In this document: piece after piece, positions 49,186-61,325 of the stretch | Position numbering within the stretch: the stretch's first letter is position 1 | Layout: each line of letters starts with the position of its first letter | Origin: Lingula anatina | Taxonomy: Eukaryota > Animalia > Brachiopoda | Assembly (NCBI GenBank): GCA_051362555.1 | Contig: CM120647.1 | Location: 14,484,651-14,548,650 of the forward strand | Direction: 5' to 3' | Length of the DNA: 64,000 bases | Notes under the pieces: model-generated | Database searches by the model: none | The model's input: only the letters and a program-made list of their open reading frames with translations | What the model was told of the DNA's origin: nothing | Translations under genes and position numbers: made by a program

Positions 49186-52100
49186 CAGGTTACGGTTGTA
49201 ATGGAAAATTTTGCAAATAATACTTGGTAAAAAATGAAAATTTAAGTTAAAAGTTTTATTGTACTAGAATATTTTCATCATCCCAATAACTTGTATTATT
49301 ATATTATATGAAAGTAGTGAAAGTGATCAGGAGTTATTGTCATTGTACAGTATGTACTTGTCAAGTGTGTTGTTGTTTTGTTGGAATATTTCAACAGTTT
49401 TAAGTATTAAGATGGTATAAATATATAGATATGCTTAAACATTTTAACCATCTGTTAACAATGTTATTATCCCTATCAGGTTTAGTGATTGTATCTTTGA
49501 TGAAAATGTGGAGGTTGAAAGGAGGGAGAAAAGGAAAAAGTGTGGTTGTTGAGCCAGTATGATAATGTGTTAGTTGAGACAAGGTGTAAAATGGGGCAGT
49601 ATGGTTGTTGAGCCAGTATGTTCACTGATAATGTGTTAGTTGAGACAGCATTTTAATCAAAGCAGCTGTGCAAAAATTACAGAAGGAGAAGCTGTTATGT
49701 AATAATATTGCTGTTCATATAACAGAGTCATTTCACTGCTACATTTATCAGCTGGGATTGTTTCAGGAACTTTGTATGGCCTCACCAATCTGGCAGCCAC
49801 AATTCCAGGTTTTCTAGGGCCACAGGTTGTTGGTATACTTACAGACAATAATGTAAGCATATGGAAGGCACTGGGCCTACATGTAGTTACACTGAACCTG
49901 TTCCTAAACCTTTACAAGCTTGCAGTAAAAATATCCAAGATTTGTTCCCCCCCCCCCCCCCCCCTTTTTTTTTTCACTGTGCATACTTAGTGGCCTAAAA
50001 GCAAATTTCAGGTTGTTGGTATTCTTACAAATGATAATGCAAGCAAATAAAATGTTCAGAGCAGCATGTGTCATGTCCTCAGCCTGGTTATCATCCACTT
50101 GTATCTAAGGCTTTATAAGCTTGCTGCAAAAATAGCCATGCTTTGTAAATTTTTTTTCATAATTTTTTTTTTTTTTATGACTGTACATATTTACTAGCCT
50201 CATAAAGCAAATCTTCTGCTGTTTTTGAGACTGTACTTCACCTGGTCAGTGAACAGCATATTTAACTCTCTCTGTCACTTGCGATTTCTCTCTCTATCTG
50301 TTACTTGACTTCCTGTGGATTTTTCTTCCTTTTTGTCATTGCTAGCTTTCTGTCCTCCTGGGAGCTGACAAAATCTTTATTTAATGTAAATTTGATGAAT
50401 TTCTGTCATTGTATTCTTTAACGTAGATCTTGGAGACGTCATTAGAAATCCTAATTGATGTGTGACAACATAAGGTCTGTAAGATCTTTATCTTATTTGC
50501 ACTACTGTTGTGTCATTTATTTCAGTGCAACATTCCCAACAATTGTCACTGCTTGGAAATTAATATTACTATTTTTTTTTACATTTTATATTTTTTTCAT
50601 ATATATGTTTTATCCACAGGACCTCTTACCGCCTTCATTGCCTGTTACTTTGATCTTCTCCTTTAACCACACTCATTGCTTTCTTTGGCCCTCTCTTGTC
50701 CCACTCAGTTCCTGTTTTATTTTTCCCTACAATGGACATTATCTTCTAGCCTATTAAAGGGTTCTATGTCATTTCTTTCTGTATGGAGTGCAATATTATT
50801 AAATTAATAATTCATCTTGTGTTACTCTTATACTGGTATATGTTAACTAATCAATCTTCTTTAACTGCATTGCACTTTATTCACTATCTCTGTTCACATT
50901 TGTTCTGTATTTCGTGAACATGTACATTTCTATAATTTTAAACGTTTTATGTAGGTTTTCACAATATGTTTTAAACCTGGCTTAACCGGTTTATACATAT
51001 ACCGGTACATGTGTAATTGTCCCATTTTGCTCGCAAGTAACCAATGTCCTTATTTATCTTTTCTCCACCAAGAATACCATGTGTCAGTGGCACAAGGCAC
51101 TTTACATAGCCTCAGGTATATATGCATTTGGAGCCATCTTCTATGCGATCTTTGGTTCTGGTGCAGAACAGAGATGGGCCAAAAAGCCACTCTACCAAGC
51201 CAAGAACCTTCAAGATACATTGACAAACCACGACAACAGGGCCGGCGGGGGTCATGTTCCACCGTTTTCGTCACTGCATCGAAACAACATGCCCTAAGGG
51301 GGTAGCACAATTAGGGACTCCTAGACTATGGCAATGTCTAAAAGAGCATTGCTGGAATGTAAATTGGGCTCTTTTTAGAGTTATTCGTGTACTTAAGAGC
51401 TATATACGTTTGTACTGGTGCCCTCTGCAGGGGCGTAACCAGACCTTTACAAATTGTACGCACAGATTTTTAAAATTCCCAGCAAAATGTAGACTAACGC
51501 AAGAGATGAAGGACAGTGTAATTACAGCATATGTACCACACATCGCAGCTTAATTTCCATTAATGATAAAATCGTCATTTAGTCAGAAATATTCTCGCAA
51601 TTAAAAAAGTTTCAATATTCTTATTACCCAGAACGGTATATTTATTTAAAAGGAGGCTAGCTTCGCATATGTGGAACCCCCTTCGAATAATCTTGGATCC
51701 ACCTCTGAGTTGAACTAACATACGGTTTCATTCACCTTACATGTGGATGTATGGCTCCCAAAAACAACCAATTGTACGACACGACAGAGCTCTGATACAT
51801 CTAAGTTTAATTATTTGTTTGTAAAAATTGCCCATGTCACCCTGTTAGTTTGGAGGGGTAAGCTGGGTCAAGTCCGTGTCAATTTGAAGCTTTGCAGGAA
51901 AAATTCTTCCTTTGTTTCTCTAGCTCCTTCTTAAACCTGAGGTCCAGATTTTATCTAGTGCCCCCAGGGTTGCGGGAGCTGGTCTTTGAAAATAACACTC
52001 AGGCAGATTTTTACCTGAGATAAATATCGCCAGATATTCTTAAGAAAGAGGCTACAGAAGAGTTAAGGGCCACTGAACCCTCAAATTAAGAGGTAAAGGA

Positions 52101-54152
52101 AGTTTCAGTTTGATGGACTATTAAGATAGGACTTGTTAAGGTTACAGGCATTGTTTACCTCAGTTTGTAAGGCGGGGGGGGGGGGGGGGGGGGGGGGGGG
52201 TCAGAACAATTGTGCCTATACAATTGATACAGAGGATTTGTACATACAGGTGACTTTAATAAGCAGAGGATTTTCTTTTATATTCCGTGAAAAATACACT
52301 AAATTTATATAAAATAATCTCATGGTTGGCCAAAAAATTGTACGCACAGTGCATCCGTGCGTATGCCTAGTTACGCCCATGCTCTGAGAGATTGATTGCG
52401 ATTAATAATTATCATTTAAAAGTCACATAAGTGGACCAAATGGAGGCCCTGTGCTTGTCACATGGTCAGATAATCAACTTCCACCCAAACTAGGGGAGTC
52501 ACTAGTGAAAGCAAGCTAAAAACTCCTATATTGTAATAATGTGTTGGGACCTCACCTAATGTACTGGTACATAATACATAAGTTAAAGCTTGATGTGAAA
52601 AACTGATTTTTTTGTAAGCCCAGCTATCAGGGATAAGATTGTTTAACTGTCAGCAGATTTCCAACTTTTTGGGAGTCCCAAAAAAATTAAAGGTGGATTT
52701 TAAGGCTAGTAGGGAGTATTTCAAAATATAGAATTGCATGTTTCTCTAACAGCTTATGACCTATAATCAGATTATCTGTGTCCTTTTAAACCAAATGCTA
52801 AATCATTGAATCAAATTTCTGGGCCACTTTTTAAATTTTGATTAAAGGTATTGAAAAGTTTCGTATGTCTCAAGGTGACTTTTAATTGTGTCATAATTAT
52901 TTAAAACAAGAGGACATCATGTTATCTAAGTAGAAAAAATCACTCAGTATTCTTATTTGTATGAAAAATTTCAGAAAATATTGTTTTAGCTGATTGTACA
53001 GTTCATAATTAAAGGTTTCCAATAAAATTACAAATATTTCTTGATGCAAAGTTAAAAAATCAGGACTTGAAAGTGTCTATATGTGTCATTTTGAAGGACA
53101 ATTGTAAGCTGCAGAGCCAGCATTTATAAGCTTGGAATGTGTTAGTTGAGCCAATTTGTAAGAATATGTTTGTTGAAGCAATAGGTAAACATTAAGTGAG
53201 TTTGCTAAAATGGTCCGTTAGTCCAGACAAAGTGCTGACTGAGACTATGGCACTTTAGACTGCAGATCAAAGGTGAGTCAGTGGGTAAATTAAGTCAGTG
53301 CAATATAATATGTTACCTGATATGTTAAGAGAATGCATTAGTTGAGACAAGGTGTCAGGTGAGGCAGTGTGGTAGTTGAGCCAGAGTGTTCAGTGTGAAT
53401 GCATAAGAAGAGGATGCTTTTAGTGTGACAGTCTGATAATTGTGGTAGTTTGGTACAACACAAAACAATAGCTGTACGTAATATTTTGACATGGGCTCTG
53501 TAACTCCAAAGCATCACGTATTGCGAATAGCGATATCACATAGAGGCTACAGTGTATTATATGGGGCAAGTATGGGCAAGTTATGGAATCGAGAAGCTTG
53601 TGCTCGGTCACAATGCGCAATGCTTTCGAGTTATGGAGCCATGATTGGGCAAGTAAAAGATAATCCAGCATATAACCCAATATTACTACAAGCTTGCAAT
53701 ATAAATATTCCAGTTTCATTCTTTCTTTTTTTTTTTTTTTTAGGAACCTTGCTTGGTTTCACCAACTGTGCAGCCACAATCCCAGGTTTTCTAGGACCAC
53801 AGGTTGTTGGTATTCTTACAGATGAAAATGTAAGCAAATGCCAGTATGCTGTAAATAACTGCATAACATTATTTAATCTTTGAAAATTTATTGTCATTCA
53901 GTATACTTGCATCCCAGCTCCGCTTTTGTTCAGTTTGTTCTTCTGCTTGCATCACAGATATCTCAAAATGTTGGACATGAAAATCATAACTTAATATAAA
54001 TTTTAATATATAATTATGTTAAAAAATTTAATACATGCACATAAATTGATAAATTTTATTAAGCACTTGTATTAAGTCATGCAATTTATTTATACCAAGT
54101 ACTTCATAACTGTTTTGAGTAGTTAAATATCAATTGTATAAACCCAACTTAC

Positions 54153-54187
<35 letters not shown>

Positions 54188-55033
54188 AGACACAGATATA
54201 CAGAGACATCATATGTATTCTTTTATCTTAAACTGATATTTGCATGATACTCACAGACACATTACAGTGTCCATGTGGTATTTTTTGTTAGTAGCGACAG
54301 TGATCAAGCACCTATATATAGGATTTGATCATTTCAACCGGGCATAATTATCAATTTTTCAGATACATTATTTTGGAATTATTAATAATATATTTTTATG
54401 TAGCATTTTGGCGCTTTTACTGTATAGATATCAGGTCTGCTTTTCAACTGTGTTGCTATCACTCAGTAGGAATATTTTCAAAAATTTATAACTTAAAAAA
54501 ATACAGTATCCATAAAATTCTGTATTTTCCCAGTTGAAATGATCAAGCCCTTACCATATAGCTACAATAAGGCCTCATTCAGAACAGGGGACTAACAAAT
54601 CCGCAGATCAGCTATGACCGACCCACTTGAATACTTGTTGTGGAATCCTTGCAGGAAGTCTATTCCTGAATTAAGCGGCAAGCTTTTAAGTGGGTCACCA
54701 TATTTGCTCTGCCATTCTGTCAGTCCACTTTTCTGAATGCACTCTGAGAGTTTTTATCCTCCATTTTTCAATCTCTCTATTACCCAGAATACCATGGTCC
54801 AGTGGCACAAGGCATTTTACATATCGTCTGCAGTGTACGCATTTGGTGCCATCTTCTATGTGATCTTTGGATCTGGCGTGGAACAAGGTTGGGCCAAAAA
54901 GCCATTCAACGCAACCAAGAATGTGCAGGAGTCCGTGACGCACTACGACAGCACCCACTTTCAGGGGGTCAACAGCCTTCATGTCCCACCATATACATCA
55001 CCACATGCAAAGCCCATGCTGCATGATGACTAA
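43572..55033 (+). CDS. SLC17A5: Sialin-like SLC17 anion:cation symporter (MFS), ~511-533 aa depending on isoform
   Basis: Exons 1a 43572-43617 or 1b 43973-44063; then 44671-44876, 45669-45896, 46455-46542, 46918-47007, 47380-47507, 47962-48111, 48356-48488, 48957-49112; then 10A 49767-49852 + 11A 51073-51297, or 10B 53744-53829 + 11B 54788-55033. All are GT-AG/phase-consistent. Motifs [46 protein letters not shown] and NHLDIAP. Exact orthology to SLC17A5 is unproven. Confidence 0.9.
43973..44063 (+). CDS. Sialin-like alternative first coding exon 1b ([30 protein letters not shown])
   Basis: ATG in GACATGG context, phase-1 donor AG|GTATCG, acidic cluster plus DISPLI motif resembling the sialin DRTPLL sorting signal. 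Confidence 0.7.
44924..45059. mobile_element. Short MITE, family C
   Basis: Termini TACCTTCTACCAGGG...CCCTGGTAGAGGGTA match those of the element at 61326-62401. Confidence 0.55.
45096..45307. mobile_element. PIF/Harbinger-like MITE, family A
   Basis: TAA on both flanks; TIR CATTCCCAGAGATTAGATCGATC / GATCGATCTAAAATCTATGGGAATG; homologous to 21054-21175. Confidence 0.7.
47170..47414 (+). repeat. Triplicated intron-end/exon-6-start unit (83-87-bp period)
   Basis: TGCCAAAAG|GTGGCGTTGG.TGTGTCTGGT.TGTTGCCTGGATG with exon starts at 47210, 47293 and 47380. Confidence 0.92.
49135..49185. repeat. (AAT)n microsatellite
   Basis: About 17 perfect AAT units. Confidence 0.95.
51428..52381. mobile_element. 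Non-autonomous DNA transposon in the 3' region of terminal exon A
   Basis: Termini CAGGGGCGTAAC...GTTACGCCCATG, subterminal AAATTGTACGCACA near both ends, and CTCTG duplicated on both flanks. Confidence 0.65.
53744..55033 (+). CDS. Duplicated alternative terminal cassette (exons 10B + 11B) of the sialin-like gene
   Basis: 10[30 protein letters not shown] versus 10[30 protein letters not shown], both 86 nt. 11[21 protein letters not shown] versus 11[21 protein letters not shown]. Both sets are open with intact splice sites. Confidence 0.8.
54571..54744. mobile_element. Harbinger-like MITE, family B, upstream of exon 11B
   Basis: TAA|GGCCTCATTCAGAACAGGGGACTAAC...TTCTGAATGCACTC; homologous to 55038-55226. 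Confidence 0.7.
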
Positions 55034-55037
55034 GTAA

Positions 55038-55226
55038 GAGCTCATTCAGGACAGGGGACTAACAGATCTGCGGATCGAATATGGCCGACTCACTTGAATG
55101 CTTGTTGCGTAATTCCTGCAGGAAATCTTTTCAGTGTCTAATCCTGAATTAAGTGGAAATCTTTATAGTGGGTCGCCATATTTGATCTGGGAATCTGTTA
55201 GCACATGTACTGTTCTGACGGTGCTC
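55038..55226. mobile_element. Harbinger-like MITE, family B, just after the exon 11B stop
   Basis: TAA|GAGCTCATTCAGGACAG...CTGTTCTGACGGTGCTC|TAA, with a TAA target duplication. Confidence 0.75.
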
Positions 55227-56059
55227 TAAGGAGGGAGACCTAGAGTTGTGACTGTGCTTGTGGAACAGTTGAGCAATTTCTGGATCCCATTTTGTGTAAA
55301 ATCTCACTTTAAAAATTATTACAGTAGCCCTGGCATTTGACCTTCTGAGATAAATGGGTCACTTGCCGATAATGTCTGATGTCAAAGAACGACATACAAT
55401 TGTAACAAACTTCCCACGTAATGGATAAAAATAGCTGGTCCCAGTGGGAGGCATTAGAGATCACTCAAAATCTCAAAGGCTTGGCATAAAATCGAGGTCT
55501 CCGGACTTTGCACAAAATCAAGTGAGATCCGGAGTAGAGTGGGATCAGAAATAATGGCAGACTTGCCAGTGCAGTGTGGCAATGGGCAAAAGCTGACCAT
55601 ATTTATTTTGTTTTGTTTTTTTTTTCTATCAAATTCTGTCGAATCATAGGTTATTGCACAATTGTTCATTTCAACTTTCTAAGACAATGTTCCTGGCTCA
55701 AAAAATTCACCATTCTCAGTGGAAAGTTAACTCCACATCATGCAAATTCTCAAACATTTTCACGTCACATGCTGATAACCTTTTTTTTAGTTTATCTTGT
55801 ATGATTCCCTTGGGAATCCTCTTTACTTGGCACGTGTTTAAACAATGAAACCATATTAATAATTTGAAACCACGTTGGTGGCGTGTGCTATACACAATAC
55901 TGAATTAATACTTACAACTGATTAAACTTTATTTATTGAGGGTGAAACAAGGAAAATATATGATTTATCTTTCTTATGTCCCTCTTTGTAGTGCAGAAGA
56001 AACGGGTACCTTTATGTTTTGATGTGCTTTTCCAGGGCAAGTGAAATTTAACAATTTAA

Positions 56060-56633
56060 GGCTGTGCTTAGGATAGAAGTTATCATACTAGCAGGAGCGA
56101 TCTCCCTTAGGCAGTGTCATTCACTAGTGGGCTAGATTTGGTTTTTAAGTGCAATTTAAGTTCACAAATGATCTTAAACGATCTTAATCATTACTGCAGT
56201 AGTCTTAAAATGGACTGAATCTGCTTTTAAGATCAAAAATGATCTAACATCTACTTAAGTGGTCAAGCAGTTTCCTCCCCTCACAATAGAGGACACCTCT
56301 GCTCACAATAGGAGAATGTGTAAGGGGAGACATCTTAATTGGCTGTCAGACTAGAAATGGTCTTACTCATGTTTTAAGATCATGTAAGACTATTTGTGTT
56401 CTTAAATTGCACTTTAAGACCAAATCAAGCCCACTAGTGATTGTTATCAGCCAAGTTGTCAGACATGCCCCGTTGCAAAGCAACATGAACAACAGCATGG
56501 ATCACAAAATTTTCCCCAACTTTCCCCAAGAACTTCAAGTTACAAGGGGGCATGTCAGACAGTTAAGCTTATTGCATTGCTGGTGAGATAGATTGATCCT
56601 GCTAGTATGATAACTTTTATTCTGAACACAGCA
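56060..56633. mobile_element. MITE (TAA flanks) hosting a nested CACTA-type MITE
   Basis: Outer TIR GCTGTGCTTAGGATAGAAGTTATCATACTAGCAGGA / TCCTGCTAGTATGATAACTTTTATTCTGAACACAGC. Confidence 0.7.
56122..56439. mobile_element. CACTA/EnSpm-like MITE
   Basis: CACTAGTGGGCT...AGCCCACTAGTG termini, long subterminal inverted repeats and a 3-bp ATT duplication. Confidence 0.7.
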
Positions 56634-58701
56634 TAAGAGATTGTATTGATCAATTACGGTGCTTTGATGAGGTACAAATAACGTGGCCATTTTTTTCCAT
56701 GTGTACTGTTGTTTTGGACATTATATAGATCACTTATATAATTACGATATCAGGGCATTCCCCCACTTCTTCCTGTTATGAATATCATACTGAGAATGGG
56801 CAATGTGATATTCAGGAAATTATGCCTGCCTCTATTCAAATGTAGAAAGATAATCTCACTCATCTAGGCATTTTCTTCCACCTGTGTGAAATGGTTACAG
56901 TTATTTTGGACATTGTATACATGTAGATTACTTACTTGTAGTTCTGGTCATATTTTGAGGACGATTTTTGAAAGTATTCAAAAGTTTTTCCTTAAATGTT
57001 TTAAATGTTTGATTGTTATCAGATGCAAGTTCTGAAAGCTAATCTAAATCCAAATAGTGTGAAAAGAACTTATTACATATTTTTTTGATAATTTATTTGA
57101 TAATTGTATCAAATGTGCAATATATGTGACCACAAATAAAGCAATATGATTAACATAGGTGTGTTCATATTTTGGTGCCTTTTGCCCTGTTCTTCAGTGT
57201 GGTCAATTATGTGTAACATACAACATCCAAGAAACAATGCCATTTCTAATAGTGCTGCCATATCATTTATCACATAAATGCAGATTTGATAAATTTTTCG
57301 ACTGATAGATTTAGAGGTATAGGGTAAAAGGTACAAATAACATCATCATAAGGTAACAAGATGGGTTTATTAAGAATACAGAGAGTACAAAATCAAATCA
57401 ATCCCCCCCCCCCCTCTTATAAAAACCCTCAAATATATTCGAGTTGCTGTCTCCATAAGTCATTGCAGACAAAATTCTGAAGTAAAATTCAACCACTGCT
57501 GGCTTAGTTTTGCACTTCGTTCCCACATCCATTCCTTCAGTTTTGATTAATTTTTCTTGATCTCAGTTCTGTGAACATCATTAGATTTAGTGCAACTAAT
57601 CATAACATATAAATCTGGGTCATCAGAGAGGCAACATTGCTTACTGGGTATGTACCACCAGCAGGGTGGAGTGATAACACCACATACTAGTACATGTAGG
57701 TATAAAATTAAGAATTTATTCACCACAGACACAGAGCAATAATTGCGACATATGTACATTGTACATGAACCTGGTCAAATGCAAAGCACTTCTTGCAGCA
57801 AAGGGTAATTATGATAATTTAATAATTTCAAATTTGTTTTCAAATGCGTCGCCATATTCTAATATTTTACTTTTTGGCTAATAGTATGCATCAATTTCAA
57901 AAATAAATATCAACTTCCCAACTTACATTGACAGTTCTTCAAAAGTTCAACTTTTACAAACAAAACATTGTTTTAAAATAACTGCTGTGTCTGCAAACAG
58001 TTATGCTGAAAAATATTCAATAATTCATCATTCAACTTGAATGAATATCTGCCTTAATCTATACCCCAATAGCATAGTGTTACCTTCCCCAGGATCAACA
58101 ATGTTAACACCTTGTTCCAATATTTCATCATTTCAAGACTTATGTTATTTTATTTGATCACTCTCTTTCAAAGAAAAAAAAACGCACTCAAAATCTAACT
58201 TGTATAGCATGTATAAACATTTAAATTGTATAAAAAGCTTCATCAATTTTGCTTCACTTTAGAGGTGCATTTGGTGTAATTTTTTTTTTTTTTTTTTTTT
58301 TTGTGCCACAAAAGCTGACCAAATGCTACCATACTAGTATAGTTTCAAAAAGAATATATATCTGGGAGAAATACCATGAACATCAATTCATATTACCTAA
58401 AAAATTACATTGGAACATATATGTTCAGCTTACTTTTTGTGCTGCATAATTGGGGCAGACAGGCAGGTCAGAGGAGTCGGTCAATTTACAACAGTTACTT
58501 AAATTTTGCAGAGGGTGCTATACTTCAGCTTTTTTTTTTTCTGACTGATTGGGTTTATCCCTTGGCATGTCCACTTTATTTGTGTCTTACAAGAAACTAG
58601 TATAAGTGGTTTATATGCATTACAGGGCAGCTTTAATGAGAACCTAACACAGATATGATACACCTTTTACTTGGATACACCCTGACTGGAAGCGAAAAAG
58701 C

Positions 58702-59574
58702 TCACTCTTCCCATAAGTCCCCATATTTATTGGTCCTCTTATGTCTTGAGGGTTGTTGTTTATGTTCACGTTGAGGGAAATTATCCCTGGGTTGCATGGG
58801 CATTCCCCGGGCTTCTGGCTCCACATGTTTAGGTTTCTCCTCATCCCAAAAATACCTGGTTGGTTTGGACATGTAACTCTGCTCTTGTCTCGGGGATTTA
58901 TTGTGCCTGTCCCGGTTTCTTGCGCGTAATTCAGCATAAGTGACATTTTTCTCACTAAGGGGTGCTGCATCCATTTCCGAATTCTCTTGTAGAAAAGTAG
59001 TTCCGGTTTCGATATTTGGCCTCTGTGAATCATCCAAACCTGAAAAATGGGGCCGACGAGAGTCATCAAGGCCAAAGACATTAGAGGGGGCTTCATCTAG
59101 CAATTTTGGTCGAGTTCCTGCATCCGAATTGTCCACCACACCTCGTTGAAATTTAGATCTGGGAGGTGCAACCAAGTTACGTTCAATTAAGACAGTGTAC
59201 AGGGACTTATTTTGTTGAATCGCTTCCCTAAGAGCGCTGTCACTAGGTAAATCTGGAGAGTTGAGGACATCTTTTCTGAACTGTTCTATTCCAATTATTA
59301 CTGAGGACATATGGGCTAGGGAATACAAGCCTACAGAGGCCGCCACTGAGCCAACTGTAAGTACGGGACGTATAGATTTAAAATATCGATAGAGAAAGGG
59401 CAAGGAAGCTGCCACAATAGAGTTAGCACGCCCTTTGCTTCGCAGTTTCATTTCTGCCTCTCTTTGAACAGCAAGCTCCTCTGGTGTTAGGTATTGCTTC
59501 ATATTCATCATCACTCTGGCTTCTTCTCTTCGATACTCTGGACCTCTGTCCTGACTGAGGCTATTCCAAGCCAT
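58702..59574 (-). CDS. OCIAD1: Divergent OCIA-domain protein (OCIAD1/asrij-like), 290 aa, single coding exon
   Basis: LTPEELAVQRE start of an OCIA-like region, two hydrophobic segments, TYAELRARNR, and terminal KRTNKYGDLWEE, which matches the OCIAD1 C-terminal signature. Acceptor TTTCAG precedes 59598, and ATG is at 59574. An upstream exon could add residues. Confidence 0.75.
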   Translation of the reverse strand: MAWNSLSQDRGPEYRREEARVMMNMKQYLTPEELAVQREAEMKLRSKGRANSIVAASLPFLYRYFKSIRPVLTVGSVAASVGLYSLAHMSSVIIGIEQFRKDVLNSPDLPSDSALREAIQQNKSLYTVLIERNLVAPPRSKFQRGVVDNSDAGTRPKLLDEAPSNVFGLDDSRRPHFSGLDDSQRPNIETGTTFLQENSEMDAAPLSEKNVTYAELRARNRDRHNKSPRQEQSYMSKPTRYFWDEEKPKHVEPEARGMPMQPRDNFPQREHKQQPSRHKRTNKYGDLWEE

Positions 59575-59813
59575 TGTGCAGGTGTTCCTTTCTGCAACCT
59601 GAAATAAAAAATAATATGCAGAGTTTACCAAAACACACAAAGTTATTTTAACTACTAGTATATATATATATATATGTATAAAGCATGCATATAGTTAACA
59701 GAGTGTTCAACTATGCAGAGCATTTATACATAATTAAAAATAAATAAAAAAACTAAATATATACAAAAAATATTAAATAAATAAAAAAGAGACGTGTAAA
59801 CCCCAACTCTGAG

Positions 59814-59887
<74 letters not shown>

Positions 59888-60304
59888 TTACAGCATTTTC
59901 CAAAACACTTGTGTGTCCTTAAAATGCATCTTCTTGTTGTAGGATTGTTGTTGTTAACATGTCTTGTTAACATCAGTATGATAATAATATAAGAATAAAG
60001 ATTTTTTTATATGCACATGTTAGAATTTTTCTGAATGCACTTTACTCAAACATGCCAATTGCTCAAAACTTTTAATGAGATTCCAGTTTTTGGTAGTTAT
60101 GCACATTTCTGTCTGGTTGAGATAAGCTGTGATATTGTCACAAATTATTTAATATATTGATACAGGTTAGTTATTTACTTGTACTAGTAATAACATTTGT
60201 TTTTAACAATATACTATTTTTTTTTGGGGGGGGGGGCGGGGGGGGGGGGGTAGGGGGTGATGATGTATTATTTTTGATTAATTGGCTGAATTGGGCAGTA
60301 CACA

Positions 60305-60761
60305 GCAATACAGTGCAACACAGCGAAATACACATGAAAAAAAACAAAACAAAACAAAAAAAAAAACAAATGCAGTTGCAAGTTAACACAGGAGAGGGGA
60401 ATTTCAAACCAAAAAGGGTCAAATTTATTACTTAGTACTGAATATCGCTTATACAACTAAACAAATTGGCTCGATTTTTTCGTCAGGTTGGCCCCCATGT
60501 TGGAGAGTGGCTCTTCTTGGCTGGTAATGTGTCCAAGAAGAGCCATTTGCCAACATGGCTGCCAATCTAACGCTATAAAAATCTTGCCGATTTGTTATGT
60601 TACAACAGCAATTAATAACCCTGTAATATAGTTTGTATTTATATCAACCTACTTGTTGGAAAAGACCGTTTCTTAGGTTATTGCAATTGCAATTTTTTAA
60701 TTGTGTAATTGCAACTGGAATTGTTTTTTCAAGTGTATTGTGCTGTGTTGCACTGTATTGC
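60305..60761. mobile_element. Nested inverted-repeat elements (outer IR plus inner hairpin 60460-60596)
   Basis: Outer GCAATACAGTGCAACACAGC / GCTGTGTTGCACTGTATTGC; inner CCATGTTGG..TGGCTCTTCTTGG / CCAAGAAGAGCCA..CCAACATGG. Confidence 0.6.
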
Positions 60762-60771
60762 GCAAAAAATC

Positions 60772-61151
60772 TACCCTCTACTAGTACCAGCACCACAGAT
60801 TGATTTTTCTTTAGACATTCACAGCCAATGTCTCTGGCTAAATTTGGTCAATCTTCTAACTGTGACCCTGTGGTGAAATCTCTAGGTTGATTACATGACT
60901 GTTGACTATTTGCATCACTACTCAGGATTGCCACTAATCTATGTACTGTTAAGTCAGATGGAAGTTAACTGAGGAATCTCCTGAACTAGCTCCCTATAGA
61001 GCGTGTGCAATGCCACCTGTGCAGATTTAATTGCTTCCAAGATCATATGGCCAAAAGTCACAGGATCACAGAGAACAAAATGGCCGTCTATATATTTAAA
61101 TGCATATCTGTGAATGTCTAGTGAAAATCAATCTGTGGCCCTGGTCATGGT
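60772..61151. mobile_element. MITE, family C-related
   Basis: CCACAGATTGATTTT..TAGACATTCACAG mirrored by CTGTGAATGTCTAG..AAAATCAATCTGTGG; interior similar to 61326-61490. Confidence 0.6.
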
Positions 61152-61325
61152 CACTAAAATTTGAATAACCTTTGATGTAAATGAGATAGATCAAAAACTA
61201 AACGGTGTATTCATGCCCAGAAATGTAGCTATGTGTATAAAAAAACTCCCAAGTATCTAGCTGCAAAGTCGCGTATTGACCCTACAGTAATAAGTTGACG
61301 GAGTTTGATGAACGTGACAACAGGC

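Noticed and set aside
53491-53883. 130-aa ORF as an independent gene or second sialin paralogue
   Set aside because: Only the 86-nt exon 10B part resembles a transporter; the rest is intron, including a poly-T tract. No upstream paralogous exons were seen.
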